NCBI GenBank assembly: GCA_964532575.1
Contig: CAZHIN010000001.1
Coordinates: 21,294-80,963 of the forward strand
Source: an uncultured Acidimicrobium sp.
GTDB lineage: Bacteria; Actinomycetota; Acidimicrobiia; Acidimicrobiales; Ilumatobacteraceae
DNA: 59,670 nt
Reading direction: 5' to 3'
Shown piece by piece: positions 10,094 through 19,025 of the stretch (the first letter of the stretch is position 1; every line of letters begins with the position of its first letter). The notes below the pieces were generated by a model. The model did not search any database. It had not been told where the DNA came from and saw only the letters and a list, made by a program, of their open reading frames with translations. The position numbers and the translations under genes were made by a program.

Positions 10094-11617
10094 ATGGCAA
10101 CGGTGAGCCACAACCAACGTGACAAAAAGCGAATACGAGTTGTTGTCGTGGGGGCTGGGTCGGCCGGAGCGGTAATCGCGGCGCGATTGTCGCAACACTC
10201 AACTGTCGATGTGTTGTTATTGGAATCTGGGCCAGATGTGTCGAGCGCACATCAAGAGATGGGAATACAGAGCACTGATTTTGTCGACGCTCTCGAAGTT
10301 GAAAAAAGCAATGTGCGTATACCTGTGCGTCGAAGTGCTGCGCAGGGTGTATCTGAGTATGTGCGCGGAACGGGTACGGGTGGAAGCTCGTTGGTAAACG
10401 CGATGGTTGGTATGTGGGGGATGGCAAGTGATTACGACAGGTGGGAGCGCGACTTGGGTTGTGTCGGTTGGTCGTGGCGAGATGTTGCACCCGTGTTTGC
10501 ACACCTGCCAATACCTCTGCACACCACGCTGCGACATGAGTGGGGAAATGTAGACCGTGCACTTGTGCGAGCAGCGACTGATCTGGGTTATGAGCAACGC
10601 GATGATTTGAGCATGGCTCCACGTTGCGCTCGCGGTGTTGGTTCGGTGTCGTTGACCTGTGCTGATGGTCGGCGTGCGTCAGTGAACGATGTCTATTTGG
10701 AGCCAGCGAGGTCGAGGCTCAATCTAGAGATTCGTGGAAACTCGGCTGTAGATCGACTGAATTTGAATGGAACTGATGTCGTGGGTGTGCATTTGGTGAG
10801 TGGTCAAGACATCGATGCCGATGTGGTGGTGGTGTGTGCTGGGGCCATAGCGTCTCCCCAGATTTTGCTCCGCACCAAGATTCAGCGAAGAGGAATTGGT
10901 AGGGGTGTGAAGGATCATCCTGCTGTTGCATTTACACTTCGGTTGAAAGACTCGAGTGCTGCCCAATTTGCTGTGTCGACACTGTTGAGGGCAACATCTC
11001 GACCACAGACCAAGAACGTCAAAGACGGCGCACTGTACGACGGCAATATTCATTTGCTACCGCTCAATCACACTGCATCAAAAGACAGATCGCATGGAGC
11101 GATGTTTGCGGCCGTGATGCGGGTGCATTCAATGGGCAGCATTACCCTTGCTCGATCTGAACAAAATAGTGAACAAAGTAGTGAACAAAATAGTGCCGAG
11201 GTTTTTCTCAATTTGCTCAGCGATGAACGCGATCTGCACACAATGGTTGAAGCGACTTCAATGCTGGCGTCCATGGTTGATGCTCGCTCATTTGCCGAAA
11301 TATCCGATGCGGTGATGTGCGATGACGATGGAACCCCGGTGTCGATGCTGCATGGTTTGACCGCCGATCAAATGCAGACATGGTTGTTGGGCAATGTCGG
11401 TTCGTATTCACACATTGGGTGCTCGAACAAAATGGGTGCGCTCACGGACGATGACGCCGTAGTTGACACACGTGGGAAAGTGATCGGATATAACAATGCG
11501 TGGGTGTGTGATGCTTCAATATTTCCCGACTTGCCAACGGGCAACACGCATTTGCCAGTGGTAATGATGGCCGAGCGAATCTCGCAGCGAATTAGTGAGA
11601 CTCTGCAGTCCACGTAA
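10094..11617 (+). CDS. GMC family FAD-dependent oxidoreductase
   Basis: 507 aa. N-terminal Rossmann VVVGAGSAGAVIAARLS. Overall GMC layout, with the C-terminal active-site region ending IFPDLPTGNTHLPVVMMAERI. Confidence 0.85.
   Translation: MATVSHNQRDKKRIRVVVVGAGSAGAVIAARLSQHSTVDVLLLESGPDVSSAHQEMGIQSTDFVDALEVEKSNVRIPVRRSAAQGVSEYVRGTGTGGSSLVNAMVGMWGMASDYDRWERDLGCVGWSWRDVAPVFAHLPIPLHTTLRHEWGNVDRALVRAATDLGYEQRDDLSMAPRCARGVGSVSLTCADGRRASVNDVYLEPARSRLNLEIRGNSAVDRLNLNGTDVVGVHLVSGQDIDADVVVVCAGAIASPQILLRTKIQRRGIGRGVKDHPAVAFTLRLKDSSAAQFAVSTLLRATSRPQTKNVKDGALYDGNIHLLPLNHTASKDRSHGAMFAAVMRVHSMGSITLARSEQNSEQSSEQNSAEVFLNLLSDERDLHTMVEATSMLASMVDARSFAEISDAVMCDDDGTPVSMLHGLTADQMQTWLLGNVGSYSHIGCSNKMGALTDDDAVVDTRGKVIGYNNAWVCDASIFPDLPTGNTHLPVVMMAERISQRISETLQST
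11159..11194. repeat. 12-bp tandem repeat x3 (GAACAAARTAGT) inside the GMC oxidoreductase gene
   Basis: Read directly: gaacaaaatagt gaacaaagtagt gaacaaaatagt, encoding EQNS-EQSS-EQNS in frame. Confidence 0.8.
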
Positions 11618-13112
11618 AACTGCGCTGCACAGCGCGGGTCCACTGTGCGTACTCGCTTGCTACCGATGAAGCGGCGGAGGCGGTTGTATCGGGTGTGAAT
11701 GTGCGGTCGAGTTGCCACGACTCGGTGATGGATTGCAGAGATGGCCACACGCCTTCTGCCAACCCAGCCAGGTATGCAGCACCAAGTGCTGTTGTTTCTA
11801 AATCTTTTGGTCGCACCACGGTGACCCCAAGTTGGTCTGCTTGCATTTGCAACATGATGTCCATCACTGCTGCGCCTCCGTCGACTCGCATGTCAACAAG
11901 GGGAACCCCCGTTGCTCTCACCATTGCCTCAACCACGTCGCGAGTTTGGAATGTCATTGATTGAACAACAGCGCGCGCGATGTGCGCTCGATTTGTGCCG
12001 CGCGTGATTCCGCAGATGACACCGCGTGCATGTGGGTCCCACCACGGGCTGCCAAGACCAGTAAATGCCGGCACCACAACAACTCCACCGCTGTTGTCGA
12101 CCGATGCTGCAAGTGGTCCGATTTGCGCTGCATTGTCGATGATGTTGAGTCCGTCGCGAAGCCATTGAATTGCGCTTCCTGTGACGAAGATTGAACCCTC
12201 GAGCGCGTAGGTGGGTGTGCCTGAACCAAGATCCCACGCAACGGTGGTGAGCATGCCAGCGGTTGGAGGCGGACACGTGGTGCCCACATTCATCAGTACG
12301 AAGCTGCCGGTGCCGTAGGTGTTTTTGCTACTGCCAACATCGAAACACGCTTGACCAAACAGCGCTGCTTGTTGGTCGCCTGCGATGCCCGAAATTGGTA
12401 TGTCGCCGGGAATAGTGATGTTGTAATGAGTGTCGGTCGCAGTAAAGCGCTGTGTCACCCCGCACCGACCACTTGACGGCACAACAGTTGGTAATGCGTC
12501 GAGCGGCACGTTGAAGGTGTTGCACAACTGTTCGCTCCAATGCAAGGTGTTGATGTCGAACAACATGGTGCGACTTGCATTGGTGGCATCAGTGACAAAA
12601 GATTTTGCGCCCGTGAGATTCCAGATGATCCATGTGTCGATGGTGCCCACGGCCAAGTTTGCCGAAAGTGGAGCTTGGCCTGAATCGATCATCCATTGCA
12701 CTTTGGATCCAGAAAAATATGGATCGAGGACGAGACCAGTTGTGGCGCGAACTGTCGCGAGCATCGGATGTAACTCGGCGCACCTGTCGGCAGTACGACG
12801 GTCTTGCCAAACAATGGCGCGACCAAATGGAATACCTGTCGACTTGTCCCATGCGACGATGGTTTCGCGCTGATTGGTGATGCCGATCGTGACGATGCGG
12901 GCATCACGATGGGTGGCGAGTTGAGCAATCACATCACTGAGTGTTTGACGAACGGCAGACAAGATCTCGAGAGCATCGTGCTCAACCCACCCAGGCTGCG
13001 GAAAGTATTGGGGAAACTCGCGGTAACTCGAGAGAGATGCGCGACCATCTGCGAATACGGCGCGCGAGCGCACACCGGTGGTGCCAGCGTCAATGGCGAT
13101 GACGACACTCAT
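11592..13112 (-). CDS. glpK: Glycerol kinase
   Basis: 506 aa. FGGY kinase with IAIDAGTTGVRS and GITNQRETIVAWDKSTG, typical GlpK motifs. The 3' end overlaps the GMC gene by 26 nt in convergent orientation. Confidence 0.94.
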   Translation of the reverse strand: MSVVIAIDAGTTGVRSRAVFADGRASLSSYREFPQYFPQPGWVEHDALEILSAVRQTLSDVIAQLATHRDARIVTIGITNQRETIVAWDKSTGIPFGRAIVWQDRRTADRCAELHPMLATVRATTGLVLDPYFSGSKVQWMIDSGQAPLSANLAVGTIDTWIIWNLTGAKSFVTDATNASRTMLFDINTLHWSEQLCNTFNVPLDALPTVVPSSGRCGVTQRFTATDTHYNITIPGDIPISGIAGDQQAALFGQACFDVGSSKNTYGTGSFVLMNVGTTCPPPTAGMLTTVAWDLGSGTPTYALEGSIFVTGSAIQWLRDGLNIIDNAAQIGPLAASVDNSGGVVVVPAFTGLGSPWWDPHARGVICGITRGTNRAHIARAVVQSMTFQTRDVVEAMVRATGVPLVDMRVDGGAAVMDIMLQMQADQLGVTVVRPKDLETTALGAAYLAGLAEGVWPSLQSITESWQLDRTFTPDTTASAASSVASEYAQWTRAVQRSFTWTAESH

Positions 13113-13117
13113 GTGAG

Positions 13118-13258
13118 TTACTTGCCGTTCAATTCGGATTGACGCGCTGGATCAATATCGCGAGGGAATTGATCCATGTTCACTCCGCAGGATGTAAGCG
13201 CAAACGAAATGACTGCGATCACGAGACCACCAAGAAAGCGTCTCAATTGCGGTTTCAT
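13118..13258 (-). CDS. Putative 46-aa lipoprotein (not in the ORF track, which stops at 60 aa)
   Basis: My own translation of the minus strand: MKPQLRRFLGGLVIAVISFALTSCGVNMDQFPRDIDPARQSELNGK. It has a basic n-region, a hydrophobic h-region and a lipobox L-T-S-C. The ATG overlaps the kinase stop (TAATG). An SD-like GAGGTG lies 5 nt upstream. The stop is 5 nt before the glpK start. Confidence 0.55.
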   Translation of the reverse strand: MKPQLRRFLGGLVIAVISFALTSCGVNMDQFPRDIDPARQSELNGK

Positions 13259-14772
13259 TAATGCACCTCGGAGGTTGGCTGGTCGTCTGGTGTTGGCAGG
13301 GCTTGACCGAATATTTCAAGTTCAACAATAAATCTCGCGCCACGAATACCGTCGCGCCTATTTTCGGCCCAGATACTCCCCGAGTGCAAGGCGACATGTT
13401 CGGCTGCAAGTGCAAGACCGAGTCCTGCACCTTCAGACCCAGCACGTTGCCCCGCAGTTCCTCCGCGTGAAAATCGTTCAAAGATCTTTTCTTCTTCGCC
13501 ATCGATCAAGCCGCTTCCGTCGTCTTCGACGATCACCCACGCGCGCGATTTGGTTGGGTCATCGTCTGCAAACTGAATCACGATCTTTGGTTTACCTCCA
13601 CTGTGAATGCGAGCATTGTCGATGAGGTTGGCAAACACGCGCGCAAGTCTTCGTTTATCACCTTGCACCAAAATCTGATCGGTGCCTGCTGCGAAGATGA
13701 CGTCGGTGCGGGGCAGTGAACTGACCGAGATTGCCTGGCGAACAAACTCGAGGAGTGCAAGTGGTTCGTTGATGAGTCGAATTGCGCCGGCGTCGAAGCG
13801 TGAGATTTCGAGTAAGTCTTCAACCAAACCTTGAAATCGAGCGACATCGCCAATCAGTAGGTCGAGAGCCGCTTGGGATCTTTCGGGAAGCTCATCACGC
13901 CGTGAAAACATCACCTGCGCCGAGGCGGCGAGTGTCATGAGTGGTGATCTCAATTCGTGGCTGACATCGGATGTAAATCGCGTATCGCGCTCGACTCGCT
14001 GTTGCAGTGTGGCAACCATGTCATTGAACGCCGTGGTCAGTGCTTGTAGATCGCGATCTTGTGTTGTTTCGAGCCTGGTGTCAAAGCGTCCTTGAGCGAT
14101 TGCGCTGGCGGCTTGGGCTGCTTGCACAAGTGGTCGAACGGTGCGCCCGGAAACCAACAAACCAAGTCCGATACCAACGGCTGTAGTGATGGCGCCCGAC
14201 AGCATGAGGGCAATGAAGACGCTGCGCAGTGCATCTTGGGTTTCGCGAAGACTTTCGAGCTCAAAGTAAAACGCATTGACCTTCTCGAGAGGAATACCAA
14301 CAACCAGCGCTGCGTTTGTGCCGTGATTGACGATCATGTCGGCAGCCTTGATGTCGGTGATCACCCGAGTCTTGAGTGAGGTTGGAATATCTGCTTGTGT
14401 AAAACCCTTTGAGTTGCTTGTCCACACGCCGTTGGCGTAGAGCAAACGCTGTGCTGAACCAAATTGTTCGAGAGCCGAAAGAACATCGGCTGGGTTTGTG
14501 AGTAGATCGGTCTGTACGCGCTTGGCGTTGGCAAACGCTTGGTTGATCTCGGCTGTCTCGCGTTGTTGTACGAAACTGCTGCGCGTAAAACCGTATGTCG
14601 TGATGGCGAGTACTGCAGAGAGAATCATCGCGCCTGCACCGAAGGCGATGAGGATGCGGTGGCGTAAGCCAATGCGACGAGGTAGTAGTGCTCGTGCTGT
14701 GTTGCGAATGATTCTGCGTGCTCGTGTGCGCCGGTAGCGGGGCGGTCGTGTTGTTGGTTGCGTGAATGTCAC
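13258..14772 (-). CDS. Sensor histidine kinase (HAMP-HisKA-HATPase), MtrB-like
   Basis: 504 aa. Two TM segments, HAMP, H-box SDVSHELRSPL, N-box NLIDNARIH, G-boxes DDGSGL and GAGLGLA. The GTG start overlaps the regulator stop (GTGA). Confidence 0.9.
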   Translation of the reverse strand: MTFTQPTTRPPRYRRTRARRIIRNTARALLPRRIGLRHRILIAFGAGAMILSAVLAITTYGFTRSSFVQQRETAEINQAFANAKRVQTDLLTNPADVLSALEQFGSAQRLLYANGVWTSNSKGFTQADIPTSLKTRVITDIKAADMIVNHGTNAALVVGIPLEKVNAFYFELESLRETQDALRSVFIALMLSGAITTAVGIGLGLLVSGRTVRPLVQAAQAASAIAQGRFDTRLETTQDRDLQALTTAFNDMVATLQQRVERDTRFTSDVSHELRSPLMTLAASAQVMFSRRDELPERSQAALDLLIGDVARFQGLVEDLLEISRFDAGAIRLINEPLALLEFVRQAISVSSLPRTDVIFAAGTDQILVQGDKRRLARVFANLIDNARIHSGGKPKIVIQFADDDPTKSRAWVIVEDDGSGLIDGEEEKIFERFSRGGTAGQRAGSEGAGLGLALAAEHVALHSGSIWAENRRDGIRGARFIVELEIFGQALPTPDDQPTSEVH

Positions 14773-15449
14773 GATTGCAGGCGATAGCCGAGTCCGCGAA
14801 CTGTCACCACATGTGTTGGTTCGGCTGGATCTACTTCAACTTTCATTCGCAGGCGGCGAATGTGTACGTCAACGAGTCGCCCGTCGCCAAAATATCCGTG
14901 ACCCCACACTTTGTCGAGCAACACCTCGCGGCTAAATACACCGTTTGGATCATGGGCTAGTTCGCACAGCAAGCGAAACTCGGTTTTGGTGAGGGGCACG
15001 TCTTTACCACCAAGAGTGACTTTGCCCTCGTCGGGAATAATTTCAAGATTTCCGAAAACAAGTTTGGAATGTCCTGGCGCTGACGGACGCACGCGGCGCA
15101 ACAGTGCGCGAATGCGTGCCGAGAGTTCTTTTGGGGCAAAAGGTTTAGTCAGGTAATCATCGGCGCCGGCCTCGAGACCTGCGACAACATCGTGTGTGTC
15201 AACGCGCGCAGTGACCATGACAATTGGAACGTCACTGATTTTGCGAATGGTGCGACACAACTCAAAACCATCGATGCCCGGAAGCATGATGTCAATCAGT
15301 ACGACATCGGCGGGGGTGGATTGAAAGATCGCAATGGCGTCTTCACCCGTTGGTGCCTCGTCAACAATCCAACCTTCGTCTTCGAGTGCAAGTTTTACCG
15401 AGGCTCTGATGCGCTCGTCATCTTCAACTGTTAAGACACGAATCGCCAT
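14769..15449 (-). CDS. OmpR/PhoB-family response regulator, MtrA-like
   Basis: 226 aa. Receiver domain (VEDDERI, VLIDIMLPGIDG, TKPF) plus a winged-helix C-terminus (VWGHGYFGDGRLVDVHIRRLRMKV). Confidence 0.93.
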   Translation of the reverse strand: MAIRVLTVEDDERIRASVKLALEDEGWIVDEAPTGEDAIAIFQSTPADVVLIDIMLPGIDGFELCRTIRKISDVPIVMVTARVDTHDVVAGLEAGADDYLTKPFAPKELSARIRALLRRVRPSAPGHSKLVFGNLEIIPDEGKVTLGGKDVPLTKTEFRLLCELAHDPNGVFSREVLLDKVWGHGYFGDGRLVDVHIRRLRMKVEVDPAEPTHVVTVRGLGYRLQS

Positions 15450-15460
15450 AGACCTAATAC

Positions 15461-16291
15461 TTACCGATCGCGGGTGCTGGAAGCCAAAATGAGGGCGCCG
15501 AGTTGGCTAAAAATTTGCGGATTGGAGACCAAGACCTGGGCGGGTCGTAGTGCGTTGCCCTCGAAGTCGCCTGTTTTGCAACCCGCCTCACGGGCGATGA
15601 GATCACCAGCAGCGATATCCCAAGAGTGGAGGTTTTCTTCGAAGTATGCGTCAAATCGGCCACAGGCAACAAAACACATGTCGATTGATGCTGCGCCGAA
15701 TCGTCGAATGTCACGAACCTGATGAATGAACTTTGAAACTCTGGTGGCCTGCATCGTGCGCTGCTCGGCTGCATAACTGAAACCAGTGCAAACAAGTGCT
15801 GCAGAAATATCGTCGAGCGGATTGCAACGGATGGGTGCACCGTTGCAAAATGCGCCACCATTGCGAACTGCAGTAAACATCTCGTTCAGTGCGGGAATGT
15901 AGACCGCGCCAGCCAGTGAACCATGTTCGTCAACTGCGCCGATTGACACTGCCCATGTTGGTAAGTCATAAAAGAAATTGGTTGTGCCGTCAATTGGGTC
16001 GATGTGCCAGGTGATGCCGGATGTACCCGAATGGCTAGCGCCTTCCTCTCCGATGATTGCATCGTCGGGTCGCATGAGGGCAAGTCCTTGCACGATGAGC
16101 GCTTCGGATGCTTTGTCAAATTCGGTGACCATGTCGGTAGCAGTTGATTTTGTCTGCACATTGTTCAGACCATTTCGGCGCCCGTTGAGCGCCATGTCAC
16201 CCGCTTGTTTAGCCAACGTTGTTGCAATGTGAACAAGCTGAGATGCGAGGTTGTTAGTTGTCGTCAAGTTCGCGCCACTCTCCGACAGCAC
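15461..16291 (-). CDS. Inositol monophosphatase family protein (SuhB/ImpA/HisN-like)
   Basis: 276 aa. IMPase motifs WHIDPIDGTTNF and SWDIAAG. Confidence 0.85.
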   Translation of the reverse strand: MLSESGANLTTTNNLASQLVHIATTLAKQAGDMALNGRRNGLNNVQTKSTATDMVTEFDKASEALIVQGLALMRPDDAIIGEEGASHSGTSGITWHIDPIDGTTNFFYDLPTWAVSIGAVDEHGSLAGAVYIPALNEMFTAVRNGGAFCNGAPIRCNPLDDISAALVCTGFSYAAEQRTMQATRVSKFIHQVRDIRRFGAASIDMCFVACGRFDAYFEENLHSWDIAAGDLIAREAGCKTGDFEGNALRPAQVLVSNPQIFSQLGALILASSTRDR

Positions 16292-16523
16292 GCAATACCA
16301 ACACGCTCACAACTGCCATGCCGAGCGCGCCAACAATTGCGCCGAGCAACAGGCCTATGCCCGTGCCAACCGAACATTGGCCAGCACACTGCAAATCGAC
16401 AAGCGCGAATCCGATCGCAGCACCTGCAGCACCTGCCACGAGCACGCCGACGAACGCGACAACACGAGCGAGCGGCGATGGTAAAGCGGACAGGGCGCGC
16501 TTGTCGTTCGGGGTTTGGCGCAC
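16254..16523 (-). CDS. Small predicted two-TM membrane protein (hypothetical)
   Basis: Two hydrophobic helices (VVAFVGVLVAGAAGAAIGFALV and GIGLLLGAIVGALGMAVVSVLVL) flank a CAGQC loop. A GTG start at 16523 is more plausible than the track ATG at 16571. The opposite-strand ORFs here look like shadow frames. Confidence 0.4.
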   Translation of the reverse strand: MRQTPNDKRALSALPSPLARVVAFVGVLVAGAAGAAIGFALVDLQCAGQCSVGTGIGLLLGAIVGALGMAVVSVLVLRAVGEWRELDDN

Positions 16524-17798
16524 CCGATTAGCGTAGTTGTTGTTGTGAAACCGGCCCGAACAATTCTGCATGTTGACATGGACATGTTTTATGTAGCCGT
16601 TGAGTTACGTCGCCGACCCGAACTGAAGGGAAAGCCGGTTGTTGTTGGGGGTGATGGCAAGCGGGGCGTTGTTGCTGCTGCATCGTATGAAGCGCGGCGG
16701 TACGGCGTGTTTTCGGCGATGCCGTCGGTGCGAGCGCGCAGGCTGTGTCCAGACGCAGTTTTTTTACCCGGCGACATGGATCTCTATGTGCAGGTCAGTT
16801 CGCAGGTGTTTGATATTTTTCGCGACTTCACGCCGCAAGTCGAAGGCCTTTCACTTGACGAAGCATTTTTGGATGTGACGGGTGCACAGCGTTTGCTTGG
16901 CGATGGGGTAGCAATAGCCGAAGCGATTCGCAAACGAGTTCTGGATGAAGTGGGGCTGGTCTGCAGCGTTGGAGTTGCAACAAGCAAATTAGTTGCCAAG
17001 TTGGCATCGAAAACTGCAAAACCGATTGCTGACCACGACAGTGTGCGACCAGGGCGTGGAGTGGTGCAGATTGAAGATGGCACCGAGCGAGAATTTATTC
17101 ACGGTCTCAAGGTTGAATCTCTGTGGGGTGTTGGCCCTGCCACGCTTGCAAAATTGCAAAGTCTGAGTATTAGAACGGTTGCAGAATTGGCGGTTATAGA
17201 TGTGCGGATTTTGCAACAGCTGTTGGGCGACGCCCATGCCACGCACCTCCATCAACTTGCAAATGGCATCGATCATTCTGAAGTGGAGCCAAACTCGGAC
17301 TCAAAATCAATTGGCCATGAAGAAACGTTGGGAAACGACGTCTTTGATAGTGAGACCGTGCGAAAACATTTGGTGCGGCTGTCAGATCTGGTTGCCAGGA
17401 GATGCCGTGACGAAGGACTTGCACCGCGAACCTGCACTGTCAAAATTAAGTACTCGGATTTTGTATCAATCACGCGTTCAAATACCGCAGCAACTCCGAT
17501 AACGAGCGCACAAGCGATGATGCAGTTGGTGGATGGTTTGCTCGTCGATATTGAAGTCGGCAGAGGCGTGCGATTAATTGGAATCTCGACTCGCAACTTT
17601 GCTTTGCCTGAAACGCAACTCAGTTTGTTTGACGAAGGGACCAATACGCAGAATGCCACATCGCTAGACGAAGTGTGGGCGCCGGCAACCGCTGCCATTG
17701 ACGATATCCGCGAGCGATTTGGTGACGACGCAATTGGCTTAGCAAGTACGCTCAATTCTAAACGGCGACCGGGTTCATCAAAATGGGGTCCTGAGTAA
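16515..17798 (+). CDS. dinB: DNA polymerase IV (Y-family)
   Basis: ILHVDMDMFYVAVE, SLDEAFLDVTG, and a little-finger C-terminal region. The start is either TTG 16515 or GTG 16545. Confidence 0.93.
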   Translation: MAHPISVVVVVKPARTILHVDMDMFYVAVELRRRPELKGKPVVVGGDGKRGVVAAASYEARRYGVFSAMPSVRARRLCPDAVFLPGDMDLYVQVSSQVFDIFRDFTPQVEGLSLDEAFLDVTGAQRLLGDGVAIAEAIRKRVLDEVGLVCSVGVATSKLVAKLASKTAKPIADHDSVRPGRGVVQIEDGTEREFIHGLKVESLWGVGPATLAKLQSLSIRTVAELAVIDVRILQQLLGDAHATHLHQLANGIDHSEVEPNSDSKSIGHEETLGNDVFDSETVRKHLVRLSDLVARRCRDEGLAPRTCTVKIKYSDFVSITRSNTAATPITSAQAMMQLVDGLLVDIEVGRGVRLIGISTRNFALPETQLSLFDEGTNTQNATSLDEVWAPATAAIDDIRERFGDDAIGLASTLNSKRRPGSSKWGPE

Positions 17799-17807
17799 TA
17801 AGATGAG

Positions 17808-18167
17808 GTGACTATGCCACTGTCAGCAGAAGAACAACGGATCTTGCAGCAGATCGAGCAATCGCTCGAGACCGACGAGCGCTTCGCGAATTCGGTAAAA
17901 CCGTCTGGCATCTATGCCCACTCGGCGCGCAAAGCATGGTGGGCTGGTCTTGGCGCAATCGCTTCACTGGTGTTCACCGTCGTTACATTGCAGGTGCATT
18001 TTCTGGTTGCGTTTGCCGGATTTTTGGCGATGCTCGGATGTGTATTGATTATTGAAAAGCAACTGCGTGCGATGAGCAAGGTGGGCCTCAAAGATGTTGC
18101 CGCATCATTGCGCAAAGCGCGCACGAATGCTGCTTCGAGCCGAATCAAATTTGGCAAAGACATCTAG
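17808..18167 (+). CDS. DUF3040-type membrane protein
   Basis: 119 aa. N-terminus MPLSAEEQRILQQIEQSLETDERFA followed by two TM helices, a pattern typical of actinobacterial DUF3040 proteins. Confidence 0.75.
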   Translation: MTMPLSAEEQRILQQIEQSLETDERFANSVKPSGIYAHSARKAWWAGLGAIASLVFTVVTLQVHFLVAFAGFLAMLGCVLIIEKQLRAMSKVGLKDVAASLRKARTNAASSRIKFGKDI

Positions 18168-19014
18168 CACCTCGGGTTTTCTCGCCATTGATATTGGCGG
18201 AACAAAACTTGCAGTTGGTGTGGTGTCAACTGACGGTGTGCTGTTGTCGCGAATGCAGGCACCAACCCCCGCAACCGATGTGTGGGGAGTGCTCAAAAAA
18301 CTGATCGATGCGCAGATGCAAGAAACACCTGTGCATCTGTTGGCATGTGGCGTGGGGTGTGGTGGGCCGATGACCTTGGGTGGAGAAAGTGTCTCGCCCT
18401 TGAACATTGCAGAGTGGCGCGGTTTTGGTTTGCGTTCGGCAGTCGAGCAAGCAACAGGGTTGACTACATACATCGCCAACGATGCTCAGGCATTGGTGCT
18501 TGGAGAAGTGTGGTGCGGCAGTGCCGTTGGAGTTGCCGATGTGATCGGCATGGTGGTGTCGACAGGTGTTGGTGGCGGCATCGTTTCTCAGAACAAACTG
18601 GTTACTGGTCGACAAGGAAACGCTGGACACATTGGACACGTGATTGTGGTGCCCGATGGCAGACTGTGTGAGTGTGGCGCTCACGGATGTTTGGAAGCGC
18701 ACGTTTCTGGCAGGTCAATTCAAGCCATCACTGGACGACCAAGCCAAGAAGCCACCGTTGATGTCAAAATCACGGCAGGAAAACTTGTTGGGCGAGCACT
18801 CGCAACGGTTGGTGCGCTTCTTGACTTGCAACTGTGCGTCATCGGCGGTTCGGTTGCGCTTGGCTTTGGTGCGCCATTTTTTGGGGCCATCCAGCACGAG
18901 CTCGATCGCTCGGCGCGCCTCGAATTTATTCGGGGAATGAAGGTCGTGCCCGCAGGTTTGGGCGACTCGGCGCCATTGATCGGCGCTGCGAGTCTGGCAA
19001 GGTCTTCGTACTAG
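18151..19014 (+). CDS. ROK family sugar kinase (glucokinase-like)
   Basis: LAIDIGGTKLAVGVV ATP-binding start; ROK Zn motif GHIGHVIVVPDGRLCECGAHGCLEA. The track ORF starts at 18094 inside the DUF3040 gene; the in-frame TTG at 18151 gives a family-typical N-terminus. Confidence 0.85.
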   Translation: MAKTSSTSGFLAIDIGGTKLAVGVVSTDGVLLSRMQAPTPATDVWGVLKKLIDAQMQETPVHLLACGVGCGGPMTLGGESVSPLNIAEWRGFGLRSAVEQATGLTTYIANDAQALVLGEVWCGSAVGVADVIGMVVSTGVGGGIVSQNKLVTGRQGNAGHIGHVIVVPDGRLCECGAHGCLEAHVSGRSIQAITGRPSQEATVDVKITAGKLVGRALATVGALLDLQLCVIGGSVALGFGAPFFGAIQHELDRSARLEFIRGMKVVPAGLGDSAPLIGAASLARSSY

Positions 19015-19025
19015 CGTTAAGACCC

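Noticed and set aside
13152-13502. 116-aa minus-strand ORF overlapping the 3' end of the sensor kinase
   Set aside because: It lies in a different frame from the strongly supported kinase. The only unexplained DNA here (13113-13257) is accounted for by the 46-codon lipoprotein ORF, which is in yet another frame.
16480-16560. SOS (LexA, GAAC-N4-GTTC) or RecA-independent damage promoter upstream of dinB
   Set aside because: Only an isolated GAAC and a TTGTCGTTC string are present. I found neither the palindromic Cheo-type box nor a good TGTCGGTG-N8-TAnnnT match.
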